From an uncultured Eubacteriales bacterium (GTDB taxonomy: Bacteria; Bacillota; Clostridia; Oscillospirales; Oscillospiraceae): a stretch of DNA of 46,468 nt. This document shows positions 46,289-46,468 of the stretch, piece after piece. How positions within the stretch are numbered: the stretch's first letter is position 1; every line of letters begins with the position of its first letter. The stretch covers positions 1-46,468 of the forward strand of contig UQXG01000001.1 in NCBI GenBank assembly GCA_900544945.1, read 5' to 3'. The position numbers and the translations under genes are program-made. The notes beneath the pieces are model-generated. The model was not told the DNA's origin and ran no database searches. It worked only from the letters and a program-made list of their open reading frames with translations.

Positions 46289-46456
46289 CAATTTGTCAAA
46301 AGCTTGTCGATGGTAGTCCGCAAAGAAATCACATCTTCTCCTGCTGGGGCGTGTACCCGGGACGGGATTTGCCAAGGGTTTTTCTAGGGCAAGAGAAATC
46401 GCAGTCAAGAAGCAAGACGGTTAACTGGAAAAAGAGAGAATCAAGCCGACAAACTG
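46289..46456. repeat. Possible third MITE-like element
   Basis: CAATTTGTC ... GACAAACTG inverted ends (8/9) bounding 168 bp, directly after a 12-bp palindrome (46265-46289). Confidence 0.3.
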
Positions 46457-46468
46457 GAATTTTCAAAT

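Overview
Core-chromosome segment of a high-GC, probably spore-forming Clostridia (Oscillospiraceae-like; inferred from gene content such as the ispH-rpsA fusion and DUF3798 ABC system). The first ~500 bp look like the AT-rich end of an integrated element (start of a parA-like gene) beside the 3' end of rpsI. Then follow rplM-rpsI, ttcA-orf-dusB, a LytH-like M23 peptidase, and a two-sortase pilus locus (coiled-coil orf, signal peptidase I, 1440-aa tip adhesin with Cys/His repeats, major pilin, SrtC, minor pilin, second sortase). Next come a DUF3798 ABC transporter, a SpoVB-like flippase, nth, ssb, a rhomboid-like gene, tmcAL, ackA, a frameshifted pepT, birA with a membrane-fused E2-like gene, a homocysteine methyltransferase, an aminopeptidase and rpmE. 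A long hflX-yigZ-dgt-dnaG-sigma-sigma-cmk-ispH/rpsA operon is followed by Dabb, ACT and PFL-family genes. Most notable: (1) two tandem non-canonical RpoD-derived genes sit where sigA normally follows dnaG, and one has lost most of its DNA-reading residues; (2) an internal promoter and RBS inside ispH could make free S1 from the fusion gene; (3) the pilus has a candidate dedicated export module and a putative metal-binding tip; (4) there are up to three ~165-bp MITE-like families, two of which abut stop codons. All calls come from visual motif recognition; no searches were run.
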